From IMG/VR virus record IMGVR_UViG_3300037467_001798: DNA of 64,000 nt; one strand, given 5' to 3'. Both the position numbers and the translations under genes were made by a program. The notes below the pieces were generated by a model. It was not told the DNA's origin. It saw only the letters and a program-made list of their open reading frames with translations, and searched no databases. Below are positions 18,044 through 27,152 of this stretch, in pieces; position 1 is the stretch's first letter, and each line of letters begins with the position of its first letter. This stretch comes from a virus.

Positions 18044-18439
18044 ATGAGCGAACCCGCCGGCCCCGTCTCCTTCTCGCTGCTGGGCGCTGCCGTCGCCCTG
18101 GCCGGCCCGGTGCTGGGCCCGTACGCGCTGATCGTGTTCGCCGCCATGGTGGGCGCCCTGCTGGCGCTGTCCAAGGCCAGCACCGATGGCCACTGGGCGG
18201 GCCTGCGCTACGTCGCCCTGGCCTCGGCCATCGCGCTGCTCATCACCGGGCCCATCTGCTGGGCCCTGGCCACCTACCTGGGCGTGCCGGCCAACATCGC
18301 CCTGATCCCCGTCGCCTTCCTGCTGGGCGCCAAGCGCGACGCCCTGCTGGACTTCCTCAACCAGCTGTTGGACGCGGCGGCCGCGGCGTTCACCAGCGCC
18401 CTCGACATCGCGGCCAAACGAGGACGAGGTGGCGAATGA
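18044..18439 (+). CDS. putative holin
   Basis: Several TM segments, basic C-terminus, first gene of the lysis cluster. Confidence 0.7.
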   Translation: MSEPAGPVSFSLLGAAVALAGPVLGPYALIVFAAMVGALLALSKASTDGHWAGLRYVALASAIALLITGPICWALATYLGVPANIALIPVAFLLGAKRDALLDFLNQLLDAAAAAFTSALDIAAKRGRGGE

Positions 18440-19056
18440 ACGGTGCTCACGTGATGCTGGTGGTCCAGCTGGTGCTGGCGGTGGCCCTGATGTGGTCTTG
18501 CTTTTGCAGGCTGGTCAAGACCGACGAGGACACCTATCCCGAGGTGCGCTGGGCGATCCTGTTTGAGTTCGCCGCCGCCGGCATCGTGCTGGGCGCGCCG
18601 TTCATGCCGCTGCTGATGCCCGCCGACGCCCCCTGGCCGGCCTGGAGCACACCGCGCTGGGCCTGGGTGGTGCTGCTGGCCTCCATCACCGTGATGCAGA
18701 TCGTCACCTCGGCCTACTGGGACCACAACGCGCCGCCCGAGCGCTTCCAGATGGCCAAGCCGCTGCACGTCAAGCCCGCCGGCTTTCGCTCCACCGCCGG
18801 CGGCCCCGGCCTGGCCTTGATCGCGCTGGCCGCCGGCGCCTTGCTGGCCGGCCCCATGCTGCTGGCCCGCCCGGCCCAGGCCCAGGCCAAGAGCGACGCC
18901 GGCGACGACGTGCGCCAGGTGCACGTGCTGCAGAACGGCGAGGCCGCCCTGTGCAGCTTCAAGGACGGCTGCGTGGCCATGACGGCCGGCGCCTTCAAGG
19001 CCCTGATGGTGATGGCCAACGAGGCGCGCGACTGCCGCGCCCGCTCCTCCACGTGA
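18436..19056 (+). CDS. multi-pass membrane protein of the lysis cassette (holin/antiholin-like)
   Basis: Three to four TM segments followed by a signal-peptide-like stretch and a small Cys-containing domain. Confidence 0.6.
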   Translation: MNGAHVMLVVQLVLAVALMWSCFCRLVKTDEDTYPEVRWAILFEFAAAGIVLGAPFMPLLMPADAPWPAWSTPRWAWVVLLASITVMQIVTSAYWDHNAPPERFQMAKPLHVKPAGFRSTAGGPGLALIALAAGALLAGPMLLARPAQAQAKSDAGDDVRQVHVLQNGEAALCSFKDGCVAMTAGAFKALMVMANEARDCRARSST

Positions 19057-19676
19057 CGCCTTCGGACTGGCAGGCCGGGCTGGAGGCCGTCGGCGTGGGC
19101 CGCAAGCAGGCCGCCGCCTTCGCGCCGGCCTTCGCCGCCGAGTGGCAGCCGGCGCGCTTTTCCCGCGGCATGGACGACGTGCTGGCGCTGCTGCCGCAGG
19201 TGCTGCACGAGACCCAGAAGCTCACGCTGCTGGAGGAGAACCTGAACTACTCGACGGCCCGCCTGTGCGCGGTGTGGCCCTCGCGCTTTCCCGACACCCT
19301 CTCAGCCTCGCGCTACGCCTACAACGCCCAGGCGCTGGCCGAGCGTGTGTACGGCGGGCGCATGGGCAACGTCAAGCCGGGCTGGGCCTGGCTGTACCGC
19401 GGCATGGGCCTGCTGATGCACACCGGCCGCGACGCCTACGAGCTGCTGGAGCAGCTGGGCGAGGAGTTCGGCGGCTACCAGGACTTCACGGTGCAGCCCT
19501 GGCTGGTGTGCCAGCCGCACTTCGGCGCGGTGGCCGCCCGCCTGTGGTGGGAGGGGCGCATCCCCGATGGCCTGCTGTCCGACCAGGTGAAGGTGCGCCG
19601 CCGCGTCAATGGCGGCGCGATCGGGCTGGACCACTGCCTGCAGCTGGCCGCCGACTGCCGGAGGGCATTCGCATGA
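19053..19676 (+). CDS. GH19 family endolysin
   Basis: QVLHET...EENLNYS..RL..VWPSRF...LAERVYGGRMGN...YRGMG...TGRDAY...VNGG. Confidence 0.85.
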   Translation: MTPSDWQAGLEAVGVGRKQAAAFAPAFAAEWQPARFSRGMDDVLALLPQVLHETQKLTLLEENLNYSTARLCAVWPSRFPDTLSASRYAYNAQALAERVYGGRMGNVKPGWAWLYRGMGLLMHTGRDAYELLEQLGEEFGGYQDFTVQPWLVCQPHFGAVAARLWWEGRIPDGLLSDQVKVRRRVNGGAIGLDHCLQLAADCRRAFA

Positions 19677-19978
19677 GAAACAGACTCGTCGCCATGGCCG
19701 CCCTGCTGACGGCGGCCGGAACCGGCCCCTCGGTGCTGGTGGCCGCCCCGCCAGTGCGCCGACCGCTGCCGGCCGAGCCCGAGCCCCCGCGCAGCAGCGT
19801 CATCACCCCGCGCGGCCGCATCGACGGCGTGCTGCCCGAGATGCTGCCCGAGACGCTGCGCCGCCCCGGCATCCACCAGGCGCGCAGCGCCCGCACCCAG
19901 GACGCCGACGTGGCCCGCTGGAACGCCCAGGTCGACGCCAAGAAGGCCGCGCGCCGCGCACGCCGCGCCGCCCGCTGA
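19673..19978 (+). CDS. hypothetical protein
   Basis: ATGA overlap; hydrophobic N-terminus, basic C-terminus. Confidence 0.5.
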   Translation: MRNRLVAMAALLTAAGTGPSVLVAAPPVRRPLPAEPEPPRSSVITPRGRIDGVLPEMLPETLRRPGIHQARSARTQDADVARWNAQVDAKKAARRARRAAR

Positions 19979-20008
19979 TTCCCCCAACCACTCCCGAAGG
20001 AGAGAGCC

Positions 20009-20254
20009 ATGCACTACCGCAACGGCCGCGAGGCCAAGAACGGCGACACCATCGTCATGCTGGACAACGCCGGCAAGATCGTCCACGTGGGCGTTCTGCA
20101 CGACGCTGTGCCGGGCAACGACTACTGCAACGGGTTCATCGCGCCCGTCGCCAACACCAAGAGCTACGCCTGCATGGTGGACTGCCTGCACCTCGATGAC
20201 GTGGCGGCCATGCTCAAGGAGCGCGGCCTGGACAAGCGCCCCGAGGGCAAGTAA
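20009..20254 (+). CDS. conserved phage hypothetical protein
   Basis: AAGGAG RBS; MHYRNGREAKNGD motif. Confidence 0.7.
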   Translation: MHYRNGREAKNGDTIVMLDNAGKIVHVGVLHDAVPGNDYCNGFIAPVANTKSYACMVDCLHLDDVAAMLKERGLDKRPEGK

Positions 20255-20256
20255 CC

Positions 20257-20799
20257 GTGCGCCAGCGCGGCTTTCTCACCGAGCGCGCCATCGTGTGGCT
20301 GCTGGCCATCGCGGTGTGCGCTGGCCTGTGGGGCCTGGCGGTCAACGCCGCCCGCTCGGCCAAGCACGCCTACGACGAGCGCCGCCAGGAGGAAGGCCGC
20401 GAGCAGGTGCGCCAGCAGTGGCGCACTGCCGTCGACGCCGAGAACCAGCGCCAGGCCGCCATCGAGGCCGAGCGCCGCAAGAAACAGGAGACCGCCGATG
20501 AACAGAACGCCCTGGCTCGGGCCCAGCTTGCTGGCGATCTTGCTGCTGCCCGCGCTGCTGGCAGTCGGCTGCAGCAGCGTGTCGACGCCCTCGTCGCTGC
20601 CGCCCGGCGCCAAGCCGGCCCAGCACAACCGGCTGCCGGACTCGGGCCGGGTGTCCAAGGCGACGATCCCATCGGAGTGCTTGCCCTCGTGCTCGGCCGG
20701 GTTGACGCGGCTGCGGGACGAATTGGCCAGTACGCCGACGACCTCCGCGCCCGCGGCCAGCGCTGCGAAGCCGGCTACGACGCCGAGGTGACGCCTTGA
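20257..20799 (+). CDS. Rz: i-spanin (Rz, DUF2514-like)
   Basis: N-terminal TM helix then a coiled coil; ends ARGQRCEAGYD. Confidence 0.8.
   Translation: MRQRGFLTERAIVWLLAIAVCAGLWGLAVNAARSAKHAYDERRQEEGREQVRQQWRTAVDAENQRQAAIEAERRKKQETADEQNALARAQLAGDLAAARAAGSRLQQRVDALVAAARRQAGPAQPAAGLGPGVQGDDPIGVLALVLGRVDAAAGRIGQYADDLRARGQRCEAGYDAEVTP
20498..20791 (+). CDS. Rz1: o-spanin (Rz1) embedded in Rz in the +1 frame
   Basis: AGGAG RBS 7 nt upstream; signal LLAILLLPALLAVG-C lipobox; Pro-rich; CLPSC. Confidence 0.75.
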   Translation: MNRTPWLGPSLLAILLLPALLAVGCSSVSTPSSLPPGAKPAQHNRLPDSGRVSKATIPSECLPSCSAGLTRLRDELASTPTTSAPAASAAKPATTPR

Positions 20800-21008
20800 A
20801 CCCGCTGCCGCCGCACCAGCAGCGCGTGCTGGATGAGCGCCGCGAGCTGGAGGGCCGCCTGGACCGCTTGAGCGTGTTCCTGGGCACGCCCGCCTTTGAA
20901 GCCCTGCCCGAGGCCGAGCGCCAGCTGCTGGTCAAGCAGTCCGGCGCCATGGTCGCCTACAGCGACGTGCTGGCTGAGCGCCTGGACCTGTGGGGGATCA
21001 AGCCATGA
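20796..21008 (+). CDS. small helical phage protein (crAss001_48-like)
   Basis: HQQRVLDERREL..RL..L..F......L...Q...M..YSDVL..R pattern. Confidence 0.7.
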   Translation: MNPLPPHQQRVLDERRELEGRLDRLSVFLGTPAFEALPEAERQLLVKQSGAMVAYSDVLAERLDLWGIKP

Positions 21009-21361
21009 CCGGCGAAGGCACCGACTCCATCATCCGCGGCATCGCCGCCAGCCAGGAGCCCAAGCCGGCCTGCTCGCGCCTGCTGCTGGGCACCTGCAAC
21101 TGCACCGCCTACTGCGGCCCCTACCTGGAGAAGGTCGGCCCGCTGCGCAACCGGCCCCGCATCACCGGCGAATCGCTCAAGGGCATGGACATGGTGGCCC
21201 TGGAGTACCTGCGCAACGACCTGCACGTGGAGCTGGCCGCCGTCTACGACGCCATGCAGCGCGCCCGCACCGAGCAATCGGCCCGCCAGCGCGCCGAGCG
21301 CCAGGCCGCCACCGAAGCCCAGGCCAACGCCGCCCGTCCCCTGGACGCCAGCGACGCCTGA
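21005..21361 (+). CDS. hypothetical protein
   Basis: ATGA overlap; CNCTAYC. Confidence 0.55.
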   Translation: MTGEGTDSIIRGIAASQEPKPACSRLLLGTCNCTAYCGPYLEKVGPLRNRPRITGESLKGMDMVALEYLRNDLHVELAAVYDAMQRARTEQSARQRAERQAATEAQANAARPLDASDA

Positions 21362-21380
21362 CCACCCGAGGAAACGACAC

Positions 21381-21986
21381 ATGGCTGCCAAGAAAGCCAC
21401 CACGGCCCCAAAGAAGGCCCCGACGGCAGGGGCAACCCCTGCCAAGCGCCCAGCGCCCAAGACCACGGCCAAGAAGCCCGAAGCCCCCAAGCGCCCCACC
21501 GGCCGCCCGTCCCTGCACACCCCAGAGACCGTCCGCGCCCTGTGCGAGCACCTGATGGCCGGCATGGACCTGCGCACCGCCTGCGCCCAGCCGGGCATGC
21601 CCAGCGTCGGAACCGTTTGCCGATGGCTGCACGATGACGTGGACGGCTTTCGCGAGCAATACGCCCGCGCGCGTGAGATTCAGGCCGAGCTGGAGGCCGA
21701 CGAGGTGCGCTCGATCGCCGATGCGCCGGCCAAGGTGGTGCCGATCGAGTGGACCAACCACAAGCAGGTGAGCCGGCGCGTGCCGGTGCTGGTGGCGATC
21801 GATGCGGCCGAGATTGCCCAGCGCCGGCTGCAGGTGGACGCGCGCAAGTGGCGCGCCTCCAAGATGGCGCCCAAGCGCTACGGCGACCGCCTGGACGTCA
21901 CCCAGACCACCGAGCTGACGGTGGACGTGCGCGACCACACCGGCCGCAAGTTTGAGCCTGGCCAGAAAAGCGAAGCCGACGAATGA
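21381..21986 (+). CDS. terS: terminase small subunit (Sf6-type)
   Basis: GRPSL...CEHLMAG.DLR..C..PGMPS..TV.RWL...FREQYARARE.QA; RRLQVDARKW.ASKMAPKRYGD. Confidence 0.9.
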   Translation: MAAKKATTAPKKAPTAGATPAKRPAPKTTAKKPEAPKRPTGRPSLHTPETVRALCEHLMAGMDLRTACAQPGMPSVGTVCRWLHDDVDGFREQYARAREIQAELEADEVRSIADAPAKVVPIEWTNHKQVSRRVPVLVAIDAAEIAQRRLQVDARKWRASKMAPKRYGDRLDVTQTTELTVDVRDHTGRKFEPGQKSEADE

Positions 21987-23608
21987 CCGAGCTGGCGGTG
22001 GCTGAGAGCACGAAGCTGCAGCCGGTGCAGTTCGGCCAGGCGATGGCCGACTCTGTGCGCGCGCAGGGCCCGGCGCTGGCCGGCCCGCGGGTCGAGTACA
22101 GCTACGCGCCGCAGGGCACGACGCTGGAGCGCTACATCCTGGATCGGGCGCAGCGCTGCTTCATCATGGGCCCGCTGGGCTCGGGCAAGACCAACGCCAG
22201 CTGCTGGCGCCTGTTTCGCCTCATGTGCGAGCAGGCGCCCGACGCCAAGGGGCTGCGCAAGAGCCGCTGGCTGGGAGTGCGCAACACGTACCCAGACCTG
22301 TTCTCCACCACCATCAAGGACTGGCTGGAGATGTTTGAGCCGCTGGGGCGCTTCAAGCAAGGCGGCAAGGAGCCGCCCACGCACTTCCTGAAGTTCCGGC
22401 TGCCCGATGGCTCGCGCGTCGAGGCCGAGGTGGTCTTTCTCGCGCTGGACCGCGAGGACCACATCAAGAAGCTGCGCGGCATCCAGGCCACCGGCGCCTG
22501 GATCAACGAGGCCAAGGAAATCGCCAAGAGCATCGTCGACATGCTCGACCTGCGCATGGGCCGCTACCCCAAGGACGTGTGGCCCACCTGGTACGGCATC
22601 TTCGGCGACACCAACGCCTGCGACACGGACCACTGGTACTACCGGATGGCCGAGGAAATCTGCCCGGCCGGCTGGGTGTTCCTCAAGCAGCCTGGCGGCG
22701 TGGTGCGCCGCTCGCGCGAGGCGCCATGGGAGGTCAACCGCGGCCAGTACGCCCCGGCCATCCCCGGCCCGGCCGAGAACCTGCGCAACCTGGTCAAGGG
22801 CTACTACGGCAACGGCGTGCAGGGCAAGGCCGAAGCCTGGGTGCTGACGAACCTGGCCAACCAGTACGGCTACGTATCGGACGGCATGCCGGTGTGGCCC
22901 GACTACGTGGACAACGTGCACTGCCGCGCGTTCGACCTGGTGCCGGGCCTGCCGCTGCACATCGGGCTGGACTTCGGGCTGACGCCGGCGGCCATCATCG
23001 GCCAGCGCCTGCCCAATGGCCAATGGCGCTGGCGCTACGAGGTGGTGACCACCGACACCGGCGTGGCGCGCTTCGCCGGCATCCTCAAGGCATTCGTGGC
23101 CGAGCACTGCGCCGGCTTTGCGATCGGCAGCATCACGGGCGATCCGGCCGGTGACCAGCGCCAGCTGGGCGACAACGAGGAGCGCACGGTGTTCCAGCTG
23201 CTGGCGGCCAACGGCATCCAGGCGCTGCCGGCGCACACCAACGACTTCACCGTGCGCACCGAGGCGGTGGCCACCCCGCTGCGCCGCATGATCGACGGCG
23301 CGCCGGGGCTGGTGATCCACCCGGACATGCGCGTGACCCGCAAGGGCCTGCAGGGCGCCTACAAGTTCCGCCGCCTGCAGATCGCCGGCGACGAGCGCTA
23401 TCAGAACGAACCCCTGAAGAACGCCTGGAGCCATCCCTGCGAAGCCGGCCAGTACCTGATGCTGGGCGCCGGCGAGGGGCTGGCCATCCTGCAGCCGAAC
23501 ACCGCCGCCACCGCCCAGAGCGCCGCGGCCTACCGCGCCATCCGCGGGCTGCCCACCCAAGACCAGGACGCCGCAGGCTTCCGCCGACGTAGAGGACTGC
23601 CAAGATGA
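21983..23608 (+). CDS. terL: terminase large subunit
   Basis: Walker A GPLGSGKT, Walker B AWINEAKE, nuclease motif GLDFGLTPA, HPCEA C-terminus. Confidence 0.93.
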   Translation: MTELAVAESTKLQPVQFGQAMADSVRAQGPALAGPRVEYSYAPQGTTLERYILDRAQRCFIMGPLGSGKTNASCWRLFRLMCEQAPDAKGLRKSRWLGVRNTYPDLFSTTIKDWLEMFEPLGRFKQGGKEPPTHFLKFRLPDGSRVEAEVVFLALDREDHIKKLRGIQATGAWINEAKEIAKSIVDMLDLRMGRYPKDVWPTWYGIFGDTNACDTDHWYYRMAEEICPAGWVFLKQPGGVVRRSREAPWEVNRGQYAPAIPGPAENLRNLVKGYYGNGVQGKAEAWVLTNLANQYGYVSDGMPVWPDYVDNVHCRAFDLVPGLPLHIGLDFGLTPAAIIGQRLPNGQWRWRYEVVTTDTGVARFAGILKAFVAEHCAGFAIGSITGDPAGDQRQLGDNEERTVFQLLAANGIQALPAHTNDFTVRTEAVATPLRRMIDGAPGLVIHPDMRVTRKGLQGAYKFRRLQIAGDERYQNEPLKNAWSHPCEAGQYLMLGAGEGLAILQPNTAATAQSAAAYRAIRGLPTQDQDAAGFRRRRGLPR

Positions 23609-25866
23609 CGACCTACTCCCTCACCGCCACGAGCGCCGACGCGCCCGTGGGCATGTCCAAGCCACTGGCCCCCTACGACGACCGCCTGCAGGGCGTGGGC
23701 CGCGACTTCGCCGCCACCGGCGCCTTCAGCCTGTACGCGCTGGAGCGCATGCTGATGGACTGCGTGGACCAGCCGGCCTGGCGCCTGCGCGCCAAGCTGT
23801 GCGCCGCCTACTACGACGGCAAGCAGCTGGACGAGCTGCGCCGCTGGGCCCTGCGCCAGGAGAGCCTGGACGAGCGCGTGGTCAACCTGATCCGCCCCAT
23901 CGTCAACTCGGTGCTGGGCCAGGAGGCCAAGAGCCGCACCGACGTCAAGATCGAGGCCGACGACGACGAGTATTCGGACGTCGCCGCCGTCATCAGCGCC
24001 AAGCTCAAGGAGGCCGAGCGCGAGACCTACGCCCACAAGCAGGTCTCCGACGCCTACGCCTCGATGGTCAAGAAGGGCCTGGGCTGGGTGCACGTGTGCC
24101 GCAACGCCGACCCGCGCGCCTACCCGTACCGCGTCGAGGAGGTGCCGGTCGACGAGGTGTGGTGGGACTGGCGCGGCCAGAAGGGCACCATGCTCACCGA
24201 CCAGTGCCGCTGGCTGTGCCGCATGAAGATGGTCGACCTCGACGAGGTGATCGCCGGCATGCCCAAGCACCGCGCCATCCTGGAGCAGACGGTGGCCGGC
24301 TGGGACGACCCGCGCATGGACAGCCTGGGCATGCTGGGCCAGCCCGACGAGATGCAGCTGTTCTCGGCCTACGAGAATGAGCGGCGCTTTCACGCCAACT
24401 TCCGCAAGTGGGACTGGCTCGACTCGGCCCGCAAGATGGTCAAGATCATCGAGGTGTGGTACCGGGTGCCGGCCATGGCGGTGATGCTGCAGCTGTCGCC
24501 CACGCGCCGCATCGAGTACAACCCGCGCGACCCGCGCCACGTCGAGGCGGTCGCCCGCGGCCTGGTCAAGATCATCAAGGGCCCCACCAGCCAGGTGCGC
24601 CGCGCGCTGTACGCCGGCCCGCACCGCCTGCTGGACGAGGCCACCAGCCGCAAGCGCTTCCCCTACATCCCGTTCTTCGCCTACCGCGACGACGAGGACA
24701 AGAGCCCGTACGGCCTGATCGACGGGATGATCGCCCCGCAGGACGACTACAACGACCGGCGCCACCGCATCCAGTGGATGCTCAAGGCGCGCCAGCTGTT
24801 CGTCGACGACGACGCGCTGGCCCCGGCGTTCAACTCGATCGAGGACATCGCCGAGCAGGTCAACCGCCCCGACCTGGTGGCCGTGCTCAACGCCCAGCGC
24901 AGGAATCAGAACGGGCTGGTGATCCAGAACACCCTGAGCCTGCAGAAGGAGCAGTTCGACCTGCTGGGCATCGCCGAGCAGGACGTGCAGAAGGCCGCCG
25001 GCCGCTACGGCTCCAACCTGGGCGATGCGCAGGTGCAGTCGGGCATCGCCAACTCCATCCTGGTGGAGCAGGGCGAGCAGGCCATGGGCGAGATGAACGA
25101 CAACTACGTCTACGGCCGCCGCACGGTCTTTGAATCGCTGGTCGACCTGATCGCCGAGGACCACAAGGAGGGCGAAATCAAGGCCGCCGTCGGCCAGGGC
25201 GCAACGCGCCGCGTGGTGGTCCTGAACACCTGGGTGCCCGAGACGGTGCAGCAGCAGGACCCGCAATCGGGCCAGGTGGTGGAGGTGCCCACCGGCGGCA
25301 TGCTGCCCAAGAACATGGTGGCCGATGCGGAAATCCGCACCGCGCTGGCCGAGACGCCCAACACCCCGGCGTTCCGCCAGCAGACGCAGCTGCAGCTCAA
25401 GGAGGTCATCACCGCGCTGGCCGGCAACGGCCCGGCGCTGGCGGTGGTGGCACCGGCCTACATCGAGTCGACCAGCCTGGACAACCGCAAGGAGCTGGCC
25501 GACGACCTGCGCCGCGCCACTGGCCAGCCGATCCCCGGCGACAAGGAGGGCCGCAAGCGCGCCGAGGCCGCCCAGCAGCAGGAGCTGGCCGAGCAGAACG
25601 CGCTGGCCAAGGACAAGCTGCACGCCGAGGTGCAGGACAAGGCTGCCAGCGCCAACCTGAAGCACGCCCAGACCCGCAAGACGCAGGCCGAAGCCGAGCA
25701 GCTGGAGCGCACCAACGCCGCCGGCGGTGCCGAGGCCAGCGTGCAGCAGCAGCAAGCCGGCACCCAGCAGACGGTGCAGGCCACCCAGCAGGCGGCCGCC
25801 GCGGCCAACGACCCGGATGCCGAGGTCGACGACGCCATCAAGAAGGCCACCGCCGCCGTCGCCTGA
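23605..25866 (+). CDS. portal protein (P22-like)
   Basis: 753 aa after terL; NLIRPIVNSVLG, DAYASMVKKGLGW, FPYIPFF, PYGLI..MI.PQD..N; Gln/Ala-rich C-terminal helix. Confidence 0.92.
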   Translation: MTTYSLTATSADAPVGMSKPLAPYDDRLQGVGRDFAATGAFSLYALERMLMDCVDQPAWRLRAKLCAAYYDGKQLDELRRWALRQESLDERVVNLIRPIVNSVLGQEAKSRTDVKIEADDDEYSDVAAVISAKLKEAERETYAHKQVSDAYASMVKKGLGWVHVCRNADPRAYPYRVEEVPVDEVWWDWRGQKGTMLTDQCRWLCRMKMVDLDEVIAGMPKHRAILEQTVAGWDDPRMDSLGMLGQPDEMQLFSAYENERRFHANFRKWDWLDSARKMVKIIEVWYRVPAMAVMLQLSPTRRIEYNPRDPRHVEAVARGLVKIIKGPTSQVRRALYAGPHRLLDEATSRKRFPYIPFFAYRDDEDKSPYGLIDGMIAPQDDYNDRRHRIQWMLKARQLFVDDDALAPAFNSIEDIAEQVNRPDLVAVLNAQRRNQNGLVIQNTLSLQKEQFDLLGIAEQDVQKAAGRYGSNLGDAQVQSGIANSILVEQGEQAMGEMNDNYVYGRRTVFESLVDLIAEDHKEGEIKAAVGQGATRRVVVLNTWVPETVQQQDPQSGQVVEVPTGGMLPKNMVADAEIRTALAETPNTPAFRQQTQLQLKEVITALAGNGPALAVVAPAYIESTSLDNRKELADDLRRATGQPIPGDKEGRKRAEAAQQQELAEQNALAKDKLHAEVQDKAASANLKHAQTRKTQAEAEQLERTNAAGGAEASVQQQQAGTQQTVQATQQAAAAANDPDAEVDDAIKKATAAVA

Positions 25867-25873
25867 TCCCGCG

Positions 25874-26100
25874 GGCTCGCCACGCGCGAGCCGCCAGTTT
25901 CCCAGTCACTGCGAGCCGCCCGCCCGTACCACGGTGGGCGCGCTCGCGTGTAGCCGCCGCCCCGAAGGTTTGCCGCGTCGGGGCGGTGCGTATCCAAGCG
26001 GCTGCGAGCCGCCAGCGTGGGTCATCGTCCCCTCGCGCTGGTGTGTACCCCAGGGATGCGGGCGCAAGCCCGGTCGGCATCCGGCCGTGAAACGGAACCA
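25874..26100 (+). repeat. hairpin-rich intergenic region with GCGAGCCGCC direct repeats
   Basis: GCGAGCCGCC at 25886, 25911, 26004; stems with GCAA and GAAA loops. Confidence 0.6.
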
Positions 26101-26111
26101 GGAGAGAAAGA

Positions 26112-27104
26112 GTGAACACAGCACCGACCCTCGACGCCGAGGACCAGGCCATCCTCAACGCACTGCAGCCCGAAGGGGCCGTGCCGGGCAGCCCGCCCGG
26201 TTTCGGCGTCTCGTACGGCGAGCAGCCCGCTGGGGTGGACACCCCCGCAGCACCGGCTGCAGCCCCCGCGGCTGACGCTTCGCTGCAGCAGGTGGCCACG
26301 AGCCCGGCCCCCGCCCCGGTCGCCGCTGCACCTGCAGTCACCGACCCGAACGCCGCCGCACCCGCGCCGGCCGCCGCCGCACCTGCTCCCGCTGCCTCCC
26401 CGGCCCCGGCACCCGCCGAGCCGCAGGGCAACGTGAACAAGGCGCTGCGCGCGGCACGCCGCGAAGCGCGCCGGCTGGAAGGCCAGATGGAGCAGATGCG
26501 CGCGGAACTCGATCGGCTCAAGGCCGGCGGCGCTGCCGCACCGGCCGCTGATCCGAACGACCCGCTGGCGATGACCGAGGAGCAGATCGCGGAGCTGGAA
26601 GAAAACTTCCCCACCCAGGCCGCCCTGGTGCGCTCCGTGCGCCAGCTGTCGGCCCAGGTGCAGCAGACCCAGCGCGCTGCCGCGCCCGCCCCGGCGGCCG
26701 ACAGCCAGTGGGAGCCGCCCGTGGCCCCGGCCGCGGTGCAGGAAGTGATCGACCAGGTGCCCACGCTGCTGCAGTGGCAGGTGACCGAGGGCGATCAGCC
26801 CAAGTTCCAGATGGCTGTGGAGTACGACACAAGCCTGCTGGCCGACCCGCTGTGGAAGAACCGGCCCGCCGTCGAACGCTTCTCCGAAGCAGTCCGGCGC
26901 ACCGAAGCCGCCCTGGCCAGCCAGGCCGCGGCCTCTCCTGCGACGCAACGACAGGACCCCAATGCGGTGATCGCCGCAACTCCGGCCGCCCAGCCGTCCG
27001 GGGTGAGCGACTTCCGCGGCGGTGGTCCGGCCTCCGCTCCCGCCATCGACTTCTCGCGCATGACCGACGAACAGATCCTGTCGGCCCTGCCGGTGCAGCC
27101 GTAG
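26112..27104 (+). CDS. scaffolding protein
   Basis: Between portal and capsid; Pro/Ala-rich linker, central coiled coil, acidic composition; AGGAG RBS. Confidence 0.78.
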   Translation: MNTAPTLDAEDQAILNALQPEGAVPGSPPGFGVSYGEQPAGVDTPAAPAAAPAADASLQQVATSPAPAPVAAAPAVTDPNAAAPAPAAAAPAPAASPAPAPAEPQGNVNKALRAARREARRLEGQMEQMRAELDRLKAGGAAAPAADPNDPLAMTEEQIAELEENFPTQAALVRSVRQLSAQVQQTQRAAAPAPAADSQWEPPVAPAAVQEVIDQVPTLLQWQVTEGDQPKFQMAVEYDTSLLADPLWKNRPAVERFSEAVRRTEAALASQAAASPATQRQDPNAVIAATPAAQPSGVSDFRGGGPASAPAIDFSRMTDEQILSALPVQP

Positions 27105-27152
27105 GGGCGACGAGGCCACCACCTCAACCCGTTTCCCGATTAGGAGAAATCC

